Positions 50,131 through 60,295 of a DNA stretch of 64,000 nucleotides are shown here, one piece after another. The stretch covers positions 928,001 to 992,000 of the forward strand of contig OZ244937.1 in assembly GCA_965222075.1 (NCBI GenBank), written 5' to 3'. The notes under the pieces were generated by a model. That model had not been told where the DNA came from. It did not search any database and saw nothing but the letters and a program-made list of their open reading frames with translations. Source of the DNA: Candidatus Latescibacterota bacterium. Lineage in GTDB: Bacteria; Latescibacterota; UBA2968; GCA-2709665. Position numbers and translations under genes: made by a program. Numbering within the stretch: position 1 is the first letter of the stretch; the number at the start of each line of letters is the position of its first letter.

Positions 50131-50445
50131 TTATACTTCAAGTCCTATGTCATGTGGCTCAATCGCCTCCAGTTCCTGAGCTTCAGACCGGGTGGCATGA
50201 TACAGATCCCAGCGAAGTTGGAGATTCAGCCAAAACGCAGGAGACACATCGAAATATTTTGCCAGGCGCAGGGCTGTGCTCGGAGTAACACCACGTCGAC
50301 CGTTCACCAATTCGTTGACCCGCTGATAAGGAACATGAATGGCGGCAGCCAATTCGCGCTGCGTTAAACCCAAAGGATTTAGAAACTCCTCCAGCAGCAT
50401 CTCACCCGGATGAGTCGGAACACGATCTGTTGGTATACGTACCAT
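50131..50445 (-). CDS. higA: HigA-family antitoxin
   Basis: PTHPGEML.EEFL, QRVNELVNGRR, FWLNLQ; the preceding higB is reduced to MIQSFRRTGTE. Confidence 0.9.
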   Translation of the reverse strand: MVRIPTDRVPTHPGEMLLEEFLNPLGLTQRELAAAIHVPYQRVNELVNGRRGVTPSTALRLAKYFDVSPAFWLNLQLRWDLYHATRSEAQELEAIEPHDIGLEV

Positions 50446-50531
50446 GATCGACACCTCGGTGCCAGTACGCCGGAACGATTGAATCATAAGATTGATGTCG
50501 TGAACTGACCACGCACTCCGGCCACAATTTC

Positions 50532-50620
50532 AGGTAACGTTCCCGGCACCCACGAAACTGCCGCATGCAGGTTGAGCCGGAGGCGTGAAAACGCCGCAGC
50601 CGCAGCCCGTCGTGTCAGAT
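50532..50620 (-). repeat. attC site
   Basis: ATCTGAC...TTCGTGGGTGCCGGGAAC-GTTACCT. Confidence 0.7.
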
Positions 50621-50636
50621 GCTGTGGCGGAGCATG

Positions 50637-51356
50637 CTATCGCTTGAGGATTTGAGAAATATTTGTTACGATTCGATCAGGGACTACGTGAGTAGACTCC
50701 GGCAAGCCCTTGCCTTCAAAGTCTACCCAGATTGCGTAGATCCCAAGACGCTGGGGGGCTTCCACATCCCATTCGAGATTGTCTCCCGCCATCCAGCTAT
50801 CCGTTGGCGCAACGCCCAATTTCTTGAGGGCCTGGAGATACACACGTTCATCAGGTTTTCCTACCCCGAATTCACCCTCGACAAGGATGTATGAAAAAAA
50901 GTCCGACAGACCGAATTTGTCGATCTTCCGTCTCTGACCCTCCGCAGTCCCGTTTGTGATCATACCCAGGCGGACTCCCTTGTCCCCAAGTATACGGAGG
51001 GTCTCGATGGCTCCTGGAAACGGGGCAACCGTGTCTTCCCGCTCAGACGTGTATGCATCTGACACTTCGATCACCAGGTCAGGATCATCAATCCGTAGTT
51101 GACGAAAAGCTCTCGAGACGATCTCCCGCCGGGCACTCCGCAGGTTGAGACGTCCTCTTCGATGTCTATCCGCGTCTGCCCAAAACCAGGTACGGATGGC
51201 TTCTATGGCCTCGAAGAGCCCCTCAGGGGTTTGTCCGTCAACTCGTGGCGCAACCTTCCTGCATATTCTTTGCCAGGTCGGATCTGCGCTTTCGGAGAGC
51301 GCGAGAATCGTGTCGTCCAGGTCAAACAGGATGGCTTGCGGAAGATCGTTGTTCAT
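50637..51356 (-). CDS. HAD-family hydrolase
   Basis: FDLDDT, ITNG, GKP, GDNLEWD. Confidence 0.9.
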   Translation of the reverse strand: MNNDLPQAILFDLDDTILALSESADPTWQRICRKVAPRVDGQTPEGLFEAIEAIRTWFWADADRHRRGRLNLRSARREIVSRAFRQLRIDDPDLVIEVSDAYTSEREDTVAPFPGAIETLRILGDKGVRLGMITNGTAEGQRRKIDKFGLSDFFSYILVEGEFGVGKPDERVYLQALKKLGVAPTDSWMAGDNLEWDVEAPQRLGIYAIWVDFEGKGLPESTHVVPDRIVTNISQILKR

Positions 51357-51391
51357 TCACTATCTCCATCTGTCGAATGCTACGCCATTGT

Positions 51392-51458
51392 ATCTAACGT
51401 TCGCCGGTTTCCGAAGGCCAGGGCACGAATGTGCCGTAGTGGCAACAGGGTGTTACAC
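51392..51458 (-). repeat. attC site
   Basis: GTGTAAC...GTTAGAT. Confidence 0.75.
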
Positions 51459-51872
51459 GGTGGCTACTTTTTCCACCATAGATTCATCGTCCGTGTCGAT
51501 CCGCTTTCTTGACTCCGCTATTGTTTCAGCCCATACTGGCGGATGGCCTGCTCCACGGACTCACACCATGCTACAAGAGAACCCACTTCGGCTTCCGTTA
51601 GCTTTCGTGTGATCTGACAGCTGATGCCAGAGAGTCTTCAGATGCTCTATCAGGCTACCAAATAGCTTATTCACAAGCACTCCAGCTTTGGATTGAAGTG
51701 CGCCGACAACTTATGGTTCTGCGGCAAAAATCGATATATCCCAGTTTTTCGCCTTGAGATATGGCTTTAACGGAACGCCATCCCCGGTTCGCTGAGACTT
51801 GTATGACAAGGTCGCTCATTTCAACTGACTTGAGTTTGTGAAGGTCACTGCATGAGATTCAAGGGCAATTTC

Positions 51873-51936
51873 AGGTAACGTTTCCACGGTTTGCGAACCG
51901 CGAAGCGGCACGGAGTTGAGCAACCGGATGTTAACA
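51873..51936 (-). repeat. attC site
   Basis: TGTTAAC-ATCCGGTTGC...GCAAACCG..GTTACCT. Confidence 0.78.
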
Positions 51937-51973
51937 GATGGCAAGCTTGGGAGGCTGTTCCCAGGATCAGGAA

Positions 51974-52249
51974 TTACTTCAGGTTCAATTCTAATTCTTT
52001 ACCCAAAGCCTTGGCCGCTTTTCTCAGAGTAGACAGCTTAATGTCTCCAGCACGGTTTTCCAGGCGGGAAATCGCTGTTTTCTTTGTATGCATTAACCTG
52101 GCGAGTTGCTCCTGCGTTAAGCCGGCCTCCTCTCGGGCCTGACGCAGCAAAACGCCAAATTCGAATTCCTTATACCCTTCCTCAAATCCTTCTGAAAATT
52201 CAGGATCGATCTTCTTTCTTCGCGCAATATACTTTTCTACATCACTCAT
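51974..52249 (-). CDS. Xre/HTH antitoxin
   Basis: LRQAREEAGLTQEQLA...AISRLEN. Confidence 0.88.
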   Translation of the reverse strand: MSDVEKYIARRKKIDPEFSEGFEEGYKEFEFGVLLRQAREEAGLTQEQLARLMHTKKTAISRLENRAGDIKLSTLRKAAKALGKELELNLK

Positions 52250-52261
52250 GATGCACGCTCC

Positions 52262-52513
52262 TTAGAAGCTGTTTCCCTGGATGAAAAAGCCAAAAAAGCG
52301 ATAGGTTCCCTTCTGTGTTGGAATCCTGCATTCCCAAATATTCGCTGTTCCGGTCAGTTTCTTAAAGTAATTCGATGGAATCCGGTCGACCCTCTTTATG
52401 AGTCTGAAAACTCATAAGACCTTCTGCGATTCTTTGGGAGCCAACTTACCAAGGAAGCCCTCAACTGGACATCTTCGATCCTTTGTGCGATAGAATTCAA
52501 TATTTCTGGCCAT
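52262..52513 (-). pseudogene. RelE/Gp49-like toxin with a premature stop
   Basis: IEFYRTKD.RCPVE.FL...YFKKLTGT..IWECR; in-frame TGA at 52412-52414 and shortened C-terminus. Confidence 0.72.
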
Positions 52514-52643
52514 TTATAAAGATAACCTACGCGTTAACTTCAGGCAATAAAAAATATCGCTGAATCCGATCCTGATTTTTTGCTATCATCACTACAGCCA
52601 TACAGGGGCGAGAACAGCCCTTTTTGTCTTTCTGATCACCATT

Positions 52644-53375
52644 TCAATAAAGTCCATACCGCGAAGCCAGCCACCAGTCAGCGTATGGCATGCCACTTTC
52701 GAGTGCTGATTCAACCAGCAGATTGACATCTACAGGCACTCGACGTAACTCGATTCGAAGGCCACTATTCCCCCAACCGATAACCCCATATTCTGCCCAC
52801 GCGGGATGGCGGTCTGGGCCTGTCTGAGAAGTAGGCGCACCAACACTTCCCGGGTTTAGAATGGTTGTGTCTCCGATTCGTCGGACCATCTGCGTGTGCG
52901 TGTGACCCCCAGCCAAGACCGTGGCGTGAAAACCAGACAGAATCTGTTCCAGATCCTTTCGAGGAGTGGTGGAGACGATTCCTTCCTCATTCGACTTTGG
53001 AGAACCGTGATAGCAGAGAAGATCTGTGGTCGTATCAAGAGACATTTCGACAGTTGCTCGGAATGTACTCAGATAGTCGAGATCATCAGCTGAAAGCTGA
53101 CTGACACCCCAGAATTGAATCTCGCTGATCCGCTGAGCCTTCGCGTTCCTCACCTTATGAGGATGTGGATTTAGAAACCAAGCATCCATATTGCCCATGA
53201 CGACAGAACTGTTTAGCGTTTTCAATTGGGCAATGACCTCGCATGGCTGGGGACCGTCGGCGGCAATATCACCCAGGCAGACGACGTGATCAATGTGTTC
53301 TGTCTTGAGATCGCTCAAGACAGATTCCAAAGCAACTAAGTTTCCATGAATATCAGAGATGATGGCGATTCGCAT
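52644..53375 (-). CDS. Calcineurin-like metallophosphoesterase
   Basis: SDIHGN, LGD, GNMD, HGSP, GHTH, NPGSVG. Confidence 0.92.
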   Translation of the reverse strand: MRIAIISDIHGNLVALESVLSDLKTEHIDHVVCLGDIAADGPQPCEVIAQLKTLNSSVVMGNMDAWFLNPHPHKVRNAKAQRISEIQFWGVSQLSADDLDYLSTFRATVEMSLDTTTDLLCYHGSPKSNEEGIVSTTPRKDLEQILSGFHATVLAGGHTHTQMVRRIGDTTILNPGSVGAPTSQTGPDRHPAWAEYGVIGWGNSGLRIELRRVPVDVNLLVESALESGMPYADWWLASRYGLY

Positions 53376-53491
53376 GTAGCTCTGTGTCCCTTCTTTCGCA
53401 TTTCCTTGATCCACCCGGATCATTCCCCAATCTTCCTATGACGACACCAGAATGGCGACGTTCTGCTTCTGGGGCTCAGGCTGGCATTTCT

Positions 53492-53576
53492 TTGTAACGC
53501 CCTGCCGGTTTGCGAACCCCGAGCTTGTCGAGGGAAAGGCACGACGGCGCCGAGGCGTAACACCGCTGTGTTATGT
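53492..53576 (-). repeat. attC site with a single GAGCTTGTCGA palindrome
   Basis: ACATAAC...GGTTCGCAAACCGGCAGGGC-GTTACAA. Confidence 0.8.
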
Positions 53577-53591
53577 GAAGAGGCCATGTGC

Positions 53592-54023
53592 TCACGAAGA
53601 CCATTGCTTCTCTAAGCGAATCGGACTGCTATCGTGGTCCCCGCGGTCAAAAAATGCAACGATCTTGTATTTATTCTGGATCAAGAGGCGCAGCATATCA
53701 GGAAATTTATTTCTTGATTGGACAGCCACACCAGTGTAGTTGCTTTTTTGTGCCCACTGCTCGACATAATCGAGCAGGCGCTGCCCCACGCCCTGGCTTC
53801 TGTGGTTTGGATCAACACCGAAAAGATAGATATAGAAGTAGCCGCTCTCTTCACCATAACCGATGGCGAAAGCAATGACCGTGCTCCCTGTTTCGGCTAC
53901 AAAATTGGTAACTGACCTGTCCGAGATTCTGGCCCAATATTTGCCTGTCAGTTGGATCTCGGGGACCATATCCCTGCACTTTTTCCAGATTTCAGACGTT
54001 TCTGCCTGCCGGATACGTACCAA
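53592..54023 (-). CDS. GNAT acetyltransferase (cassette)
   Basis: GVDPNHRSQGVGQRLL acetyl-CoA-binding motif. Confidence 0.82.
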   Translation of the reverse strand: MVRIRQAETSEIWKKCRDMVPEIQLTGKYWARISDRSVTNFVAETGSTVIAFAIGYGEESGYFYIYLFGVDPNHRSQGVGQRLLDYVEQWAQKSNYTGVAVQSRNKFPDMLRLLIQNKYKIVAFFDRGDHDSSPIRLEKQWSS

Positions 54024-54089
54024 TAGCTACAAATCGCGCCGCAGGCGCGAATCCTCTGACAAGGGGTCAATATTTTTTCTCGACATTTC

Positions 54090-54180
54090 CCATAACGTCT
54101 CGCGCATCCCGGAACCCGCGCAGCGTGTTGCCGTCAGGCCGAGGGAGCGATGCGACTGAAGCGCAGACGCGGTGTTAAAT
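54090..54180 (-). repeat. attC site
   Basis: ATTTAAC...GTTATGG; this R' nearly matches the R'' (ACATAAC) of the next site. Confidence 0.8.
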
Positions 54181-54302
54181 GCTGGTAGCGCGCCCCAATA
54201 GAGCGAAGCGACCAAGGGGCAACAATAAAGCGCACGTCATAGCCGATTGTTTCTCTGCTTCTTCGCCTCCTGTTTACCTCGCTTTTTTTAACGATCCGCC
54301 AA

Positions 54303-54900
54303 TCAGTGGATAGGAATTGAACCATTTACCCGCAAATCCGCTCTTTCACCTGGCCTATGGGTTTCAACGTAGCGGTCTTCCTTCGGCATCCAATCCTGCT
54401 CCCATACGGCACGTGCTTCTTCCCCATCTCGCGCCAGACCTCTGGCAAGACGTATCTCTCTCGGACATTCAATCCACACTTTGAAGTCGTACAGGTCAGT
54501 CAACTCAAGCCGTAGTGTGTAAACGCCTTCAACGATGACAGCGCCAGTCGCTGAAACAGTATGCCACTCCGCAAGAGCACCTTCTGCCCAATCGTAGCGT
54601 TGATAACGTCCCGGTCGATTCTCTTTTAGCGGCAAGAGTACCTGATCGCGTAGACGCTGCCAATCAAAATCACCTCCGATGGCCTCTGGCTGGTTATCTA
54701 ATTGCCATGCCGAAGGCAAAAAAAATCATCGATGGTGTACAATGGTTACTGCCCGGCCTATAGACTTGAGGTGTGCTGTCAACTCAGAATGCCATGCTGT
54801 TGACAAGCTGTCTTGGCAAACTGCAGGAGGCTTTCGTGCACCCAATCTTCAGACCAACCGGATTCACCAGTATCCTTTTTTTGGACATGCTTCTCTTCGT
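54303..54900 (-). pseudogene. Uridine kinase-like P-loop protein, N-terminus decayed
   Basis: FDWQRL, YQRYDW, IVEGVY, RLARGLARDG; no intact Walker A in frame. Confidence 0.65.
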
Positions 54901-55279
54901 GATAGCCCAAATAGTCGGTCTTTGACATCACGGATAACATCGCGTATCCTTTCGAGTTTCAAGCTATGCGGAGTGAGCCCCAAAACCTTCGAGCGATCAA
55001 CACAGCTTAGTTTTGTCTGATGAAGCCCTACGGGGCCTCTCTTGAATAAGAAACTTGTCGTAAGTTCTTGTTTTTTAAACTGGAACTAGGCCTGATTTTT
55101 ACCTAAATGTACAGCATTGCCGGTCAGGTGTCAACAGCGAGCGGATGGCCCTGGAAATCGCCGGGGCCGCCATTGTGCAGGGTGTAAGAAGTTCGTGCGG
55201 TTGTGGACGAAGTTTCTTATATTGTGCGGCACAGCAGATGCGGTGAGAGGGACAGATTTATGTCAAAAAGGAGATTGTA

Positions 55280-56278
55280 ATGGGGATTCGACTGATTCAC
55301 CTTGGGGTAGGGGGGCGCGGGGGGTGGCCGGTGAGGCGGGTGGTGGAGCGGGACGATTTTGAGAGCGTTGCGCTGGTCGATGTCAATGAAGAGAATCTGT
55401 TTGCCGCGATGGAGACGTCCGGGCTGCCGGAGTCGGCCTGTTTTCGTAGCCTGGAGAGCGCCCTGGACAGGGTCGAAGCCGATGCGGTTGTGGTGGTCAC
55501 GCCGCCGCAGCTTCACGCCCGGCAGTGCCTGGAGGCGGTGCGGGCCGGCAAGCACGTGCTGGTGGAGAAGCCGTTTACCAAAAGCCTCGTGGAAGCGCGA
55601 GAGATTGTGGAGGAGGCGGATGCGCACGGAGTGGTGGTGGCGGTCTGTCAGAACGCCCGGTATGCGCCCGCGCCCGTGACCATCAACCGCCTGGTTCGAG
55701 AGGGAACGTACGGGAAGCCGGCGTTCGGGCTGATGACCAAGTTCGGCTGGAGGTCCAGAGTACACCACTCGGGTGAGGACCAGCACGCGTACCTCTGGGA
55801 GCGGAGCATTCACGATCTGGATACGGTGCGGTTTCTGTTCGATGCAGAGCCGTCCAGAATCTGGGGACACAGTTTCAACCCGTCCTGGAGTCCCTATGTG
55901 GGAGGAGGTGGGACGTATGCCTGGGTGGAGTTCGAAGGAGGGGCTACCTGTGGCTATCTCTGCACCTTTGTGGCCCACAAGGGGGGATCTTCTCTGCGGG
56001 TGGAATTTGAAGGAGGGACGCTGGAGGCGGTGGGGGACGAACTCCTGCTGAGGCGGCCGGGTGCGGCGAAGGACGAGACGATTGCTTTAGACGAAGTGCC
56101 CCATCCAGAGGAGGTTCTACTGGATGGGTTTTACCGGTATGCAACCGAAGGAATCGAGCCCGGTTTTGGCGGCCACAAGAACCTGGCAACGGTCGCTCTG
56201 GTAGAGGGCATAGGGGTGGCGTCGGACGAGGGGCGCGTGGTCGATTTTCAGGCGTTTTTGAAAGGTGAAGTGCATTAA
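55280..56278 (+). CDS. Gfo/Idh/MocA oxidoreductase
   Basis: LGVGGRG, GKHVLVEKP, IHDLD. Confidence 0.9.
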   Translation: MGIRLIHLGVGGRGGWPVRRVVERDDFESVALVDVNEENLFAAMETSGLPESACFRSLESALDRVEADAVVVVTPPQLHARQCLEAVRAGKHVLVEKPFTKSLVEAREIVEEADAHGVVVAVCQNARYAPAPVTINRLVREGTYGKPAFGLMTKFGWRSRVHHSGEDQHAYLWERSIHDLDTVRFLFDAEPSRIWGHSFNPSWSPYVGGGGTYAWVEFEGGATCGYLCTFVAHKGGSSLRVEFEGGTLEAVGDELLLRRPGAAKDETIALDEVPHPEEVLLDGFYRYATEGIEPGFGGHKNLATVALVEGIGVASDEGRVVDFQAFLKGEVH

Positions 56279-56325
56279 TTCAATACCCCCAACCCTCTTC
56301 CCTCGCAGGTTCAGGAGGTAAGCCC

Positions 56326-57432
56326 GTGGCAGAGAATACAGGACAGACCGAATGGCCGCCGGAGTGTGAGGCCTTTGAGGATGACCAGACCGGGGCGCGG
56401 GTTACCCGGCTGACCAGCGCGCCCTGCACCAACCATCCCCTCTACTACCTGGCGAATTCCTTTACGCCAGACAGCCGATCCCTGGTTTTTGCCTCTGATC
56501 GGACCGGTAAGATGGATCTCTACCGGGTAGGCCTTGAGGATGGGGAGATCCGGCGGCTGACCGATCTGGAGGGGGTGCAGCCCTTTTCGGGTAATGTGGT
56601 GGATCAGGATGTGTATTTTACTGTCGGTGGGCAGCTGCACCGTCTGAGTCTGGTGGACGGCAGCGATCGGATTCTTGCCGAGCGGACCGGGTGCGGGCTG
56701 GGGGAGGTGACCGTGAGCAGCGACCGGCAGTGGGCGGCGACCCTGATTACACAGGGGGGTTCGGCAGGCCTTTTGATTGCCCGTACAGACGCATCCGGGT
56801 CGACGGTAATTCTTGATGGGGTGCGTGCGCTTTACCATCCCCAGTTTCATCCCACCGATCCGGACCGGCTGATCTATTCGGCCGATCCCCCGGATCCCAG
56901 GCTCTGGACGGTTCGGCGGGATGGGAGTGACGACCACTGCTTTTATGCAAATACGTCCGATGAATGGTTCGTGCACGAGACATTCCTGGGCAAAACCGAT
57001 GAGGTCATTGTGGTGAGCTGGCACCAGGGGCTTTTCAGGGTTGGGCTCTACACGGGTCAGATCCGCACGGTTGCAACGTTCAGCGCCTGGCACATCTCTT
57101 CAAATTCGGGCGGCAGTCAAGTTGTGTGCGACACACATCTTCCGGACATCGGCCTGTGTCTGATTGATCCTCAAACGGGCGCGTATCAACCCCTCTGCTA
57201 TCCAAAAGCCTCTAACAAAGGCACGCAGTGGCGCAACCCCCTTCCGCTACAGGCCGATGGTGATGCGCCGGGGTGGGCGACCATGACCGAGACGGTTTCC
57301 CTGGAGAGTGCATACGGGCCCCAGTGGACGCATCCTCATCCCTCCTTTAGCCCGGACGACCGGCTGGTATCTTTTACCTCGGATGCAACCGGATCGCCCC
57401 AGGTCTATGTGGTGGAGATACCGGAGGAATAA
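56326..57432 (+). CDS. Oligogalacturonate lyase-like beta-propeller protein
   Basis: D..TGARVTRLT, HPQFHP, HETF, WH, HPHPSFSPD...FTSD.TG.PQVY. Confidence 0.75.
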   Translation: MAENTGQTEWPPECEAFEDDQTGARVTRLTSAPCTNHPLYYLANSFTPDSRSLVFASDRTGKMDLYRVGLEDGEIRRLTDLEGVQPFSGNVVDQDVYFTVGGQLHRLSLVDGSDRILAERTGCGLGEVTVSSDRQWAATLITQGGSAGLLIARTDASGSTVILDGVRALYHPQFHPTDPDRLIYSADPPDPRLWTVRRDGSDDHCFYANTSDEWFVHETFLGKTDEVIVVSWHQGLFRVGLYTGQIRTVATFSAWHISSNSGGSQVVCDTHLPDIGLCLIDPQTGAYQPLCYPKASNKGTQWRNPLPLQADGDAPGWATMTETVSLESAYGPQWTHPHPSFSPDDRLVSFTSDATGSPQVYVVEIPEE

Positions 57433-57524
57433 AAACCGATAGAGGATTGCGTGTGGGCGGATGATTTTACACGGCCCGGAGCATAAGAAAGGAGGTAGGG
57501 TGCATTCCTCTTGCACCCGTTCTT

Positions 57525-58235
57525 ATGAAGCTTGAAGGTCAGGCGGCAATTGTCACAGGCGGTGGGCGGGGGATCGGGCGGGCAACGGCGCTTGCGTTCG
57601 CCCGGGAAGGCGCAGACGTGCTTCTGGCTGCCAGAACAGTACCGGAAATTGAGGCGGTCGCAGCGGAAGTTCGGGAGATCGGCCGGCAGGGGGTTGCGGT
57701 TCCGACCGATGTGACGCAAAGACCGCAGGTGGATGCGATGGTAAGACAGGCGCATGACCGGTTTGGAAAGGTCGATATCCTGGTGAATAACGCGGGCGTT
57801 GCCATTCACAATCCGGTTCCCAGGATCCGGGAGGAGGACTGGGATTTGACGATGGCCGTGAACCTCAAAGGGATTTTTCTCTGTACCCAGGCGGTGTTCA
57901 GCCAGATGTGCGAGCAGCGGCGGGGGATGATTGTCACGGTTTCGTCGGTCTCGGGGAAGCACGGGCACCCCAACGGCGGAGCCTATTGTGCGTCCAAGTT
58001 CGGGGCGGTCGGGTTTACGGAAACGGTTGCGGCCGAAGGACGACCCTACGGCGTCAAGGCGGCGGTGGTCTGCCCCGGTCCGGTGGATACGGTGATGCGC
58101 CGGAACAACCACCCCGACGACGACCCGGAGAAGTTGACGCTGCCGGAGGATGTGGCCGACCTGATTCTTTTCCTGGTGACCCAGCCCCCGCGCGCCCATA
58201 CTTTTGAGACGGTGATCCGGACGCCGTTGATGTAG
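57525..58235 (+). CDS. SDR family oxidoreductase
   Basis: TGGGRGIG, NNAG, YCASK. Confidence 0.92.
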   Translation: MKLEGQAAIVTGGGRGIGRATALAFAREGADVLLAARTVPEIEAVAAEVREIGRQGVAVPTDVTQRPQVDAMVRQAHDRFGKVDILVNNAGVAIHNPVPRIREEDWDLTMAVNLKGIFLCTQAVFSQMCEQRRGMIVTVSSVSGKHGHPNGGAYCASKFGAVGFTETVAAEGRPYGVKAAVVCPGPVDTVMRRNNHPDDDPEKLTLPEDVADLILFLVTQPPRAHTFETVIRTPLM

Positions 58236-58262
58236 AAGCAACCCCGGATGGACAGGAGGCGC

Positions 58263-59213
58263 ATGGCGATGAAGATCCTGCTGAGTTCAGAGCTGGAGGA
58301 CCGGCACGTGGAGCAGATCCGGGCGGTGTCGGGCGATGTGGAGGTGATTCGGCCCCGCCTGGCGGAGGAAGCGCTGGAGGCGATGCCGGGAGTGGAGGTG
58401 GTTTTTGGGGGGATGAACCGGGAGATGTTTCGGCGGGCGGAGCGGCTGCGCTGGGTGCAGACGTGGGGAGCGGGCGTTGATGGGATGCTTTTCCCGGAGT
58501 TTGTGGAAAGCGAGGTGGTGCTCACCAGCGCCAAGGGGATGGTGGGCGTGCACCTGGCCGAGCACGCAATGGCGCTCCTGCTGGGGCTGACCCGGGGGAT
58601 TGCGTGGGCGGTCAGAAAGCCGAACTGGGACCAGCGGATGCCGATCCGGAAGGCGTCCTGGGAGTTGATCGACCGCACGATGGGGATTGTGGGGCTGGGG
58701 GGGACGGGGCGGGACCTGGCGGTCCGGGCGCACGGGTTCGGGATGCGGGTCCTGGCGGTGGATCCGGAACATGTGGAGGCGCCCGCCTGTGTGGAGGCAT
58801 GCTGGGGGAGGGACCGGTTCTACGACCTGCTGGGGGAATCGGACGTGGTGGCGGTGTGCGCGCCGCTAACGCCGGAGACGGCCGGGATGTTCGACCGGGA
58901 GGCGTTTGGCAGGATGCAGCGCCACGCCCTGCTGATCAATGTGACGCGGGGGAAGATCGTGGACGAGGAGGCCCTCTTAGAGGCGCTGGAGCAGGGCATC
59001 ATCGGCGGGGCCGGGCTGGATGTGACCCCACGGGAGCCGCTGCCGGCGGATCACCCGCTGTGGCGAATGGAGAATGTGATCATTACCCCCCACGCCGCTG
59101 GGGGGTCGCCCAACCGGCAGGAGAGGATTGTGAAGCTTTTCTGTGAGAATCTGAGGCGGCTGATCGCCGGGGAGCCGATGTTGAGCGTAATCGACAAGAG
59201 GAAGGGGTACTGA
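58263..59213 (+). CDS. D-2-hydroxyacid dehydrogenase
   Basis: GLGGTG, NVTRGKIVD, LDV..EPL, ITPH. Confidence 0.9.
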   Translation: MAMKILLSSELEDRHVEQIRAVSGDVEVIRPRLAEEALEAMPGVEVVFGGMNREMFRRAERLRWVQTWGAGVDGMLFPEFVESEVVLTSAKGMVGVHLAEHAMALLLGLTRGIAWAVRKPNWDQRMPIRKASWELIDRTMGIVGLGGTGRDLAVRAHGFGMRVLAVDPEHVEAPACVEACWGRDRFYDLLGESDVVAVCAPLTPETAGMFDREAFGRMQRHALLINVTRGKIVDEEALLEALEQGIIGGAGLDVTPREPLPADHPLWRMENVIITPHAAGGSPNRQERIVKLFCENLRRLIAGEPMLSVIDKRKGY

Positions 59214-60295
59214 TGCGGGCATTTTTCTTCTGGGAGGCAAAGGCGGGCGGGCTGACGCTGTCGCACAAGTGCAACCCCTATGCGGGGCTGCTTGCCCGGG
59301 CGCTTGAAAAATGGGAGATCTACCTGGAATTGGGCGATTATGCGTTCAGGCGGGACTGGCTGGAGGCCAACCGGAAGAACTACGAGGTTCTCCACCTGAA
59401 CTGGCCGCACCATTTTTACAGGCGTGACGACCTTGAGACCACGGTGAAAGCGTATGCGCAGTTCGCCGAGAACCTGACCTTTGCACGCAGCCTGGGCTAC
59501 CGGATTGTCTGGACGATGCACAACCTCTACCCCCACGAGCGGCCTTTTCCGGAGGTGGATCGGATGGGCCGGCTGCTGGTCTGCCGGCTGGCCCATGGGG
59601 TGATTGCGCACTGCCATTACGCTGCGGACCTGGCGCGGAGGCTGTTCTTCCGGACTGAGGAACTCCACGTGATACCGCACGGGAATTTTATCGATGTATT
59701 TCCCAACAAGATCTCCCGACAGGATGCGCGGAAACACCTGGAGATCCCGGAGGAGGCGTTCGTCTACCTCTATTTCGGGAATGCCAGGGTCTATAAAGGG
59801 ATTGAGACACTGATCGAGGTCTTCGGCGCAGCGGCGGCGGCGGATGCCCGGCTGGTGCTCATGATGCGGCCGTCGGCCGCCAATGCCGAGTATTGGGATG
59901 ACTTGATGGCGCTTGCCGACCGGGACGAACGCGTCCGGGTGTTCACTTCGTCCTTTTTCCCCAACGAGGACTTTCAGATCTACCTGAATGCGGCCGATGT
60001 GGCCGTCCTGCCGTTTTCCGAGGTGCTGACTTCGGGGTCTGCGATTGCGGCGCTCTCGTTTGGAAAGCCGGTGGTCCTGCCGGGGCTGGGGTGTCTGCCG
60101 GAACTGATTGATGAGACGATGGGCATCCTGTACGATGTGGGGGATGCACATGGGCTTGAGCAGGCGCTTGTCGAGGTCCGGAAGCGAGACCTGAAGGCCG
60201 CCGGGCGTGCGGCGCTGGAACGGGCCAGGTCGATGGACTGGGACGATATTGCATCGCGAGTGGCGGCGTTGTACAGAGGTGAGAGAAAAAGATGA
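59213..60295 (+). CDS. Glycosyltransferase family 4 protein
   Basis: WTMHNLYPHE, VIPHG, YKGIE, TSGSAIAALSFGKPV. Confidence 0.82.
   Translation: MRAFFFWEAKAGGLTLSHKCNPYAGLLARALEKWEIYLELGDYAFRRDWLEANRKNYEVLHLNWPHHFYRRDDLETTVKAYAQFAENLTFARSLGYRIVWTMHNLYPHERPFPEVDRMGRLLVCRLAHGVIAHCHYAADLARRLFFRTEELHVIPHGNFIDVFPNKISRQDARKHLEIPEEAFVYLYFGNARVYKGIETLIEVFGAAAAADARLVLMMRPSAANAEYWDDLMALADRDERVRVFTSSFFPNEDFQIYLNAADVAVLPFSEVLTSGSAIAALSFGKPVVLPGLGCLPELIDETMGILYDVGDAHGLEQALVEVRKRDLKAAGRAALERARSMDWDDIASRVAALYRGERKR

Larger units (their letters stand above)
36712..55000 (-). mobile_element. Integron cassette array lacking integrase (CALIN)
   Basis: About 17 attC-like sites (R'' ...AAC/GAC, imperfect stem, R' GTT...) separate small co-oriented minus-strand genes; no tyrosine recombinase ORF in the window. 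Confidence 0.85.

Noticed and set aside
52412-52414. TGA recoding (Trp or Sec) in the RelE-like gene
   Set aside because: TGA is a normal stop throughout the window and the gene is also truncated, so this is a nonsense mutation.
54900-55280. Integron integrase or attI at the head of the array
   Set aside because: No ORF with tyrosine recombinase motifs; the region runs straight into a Gfo/Idh/MocA gene.
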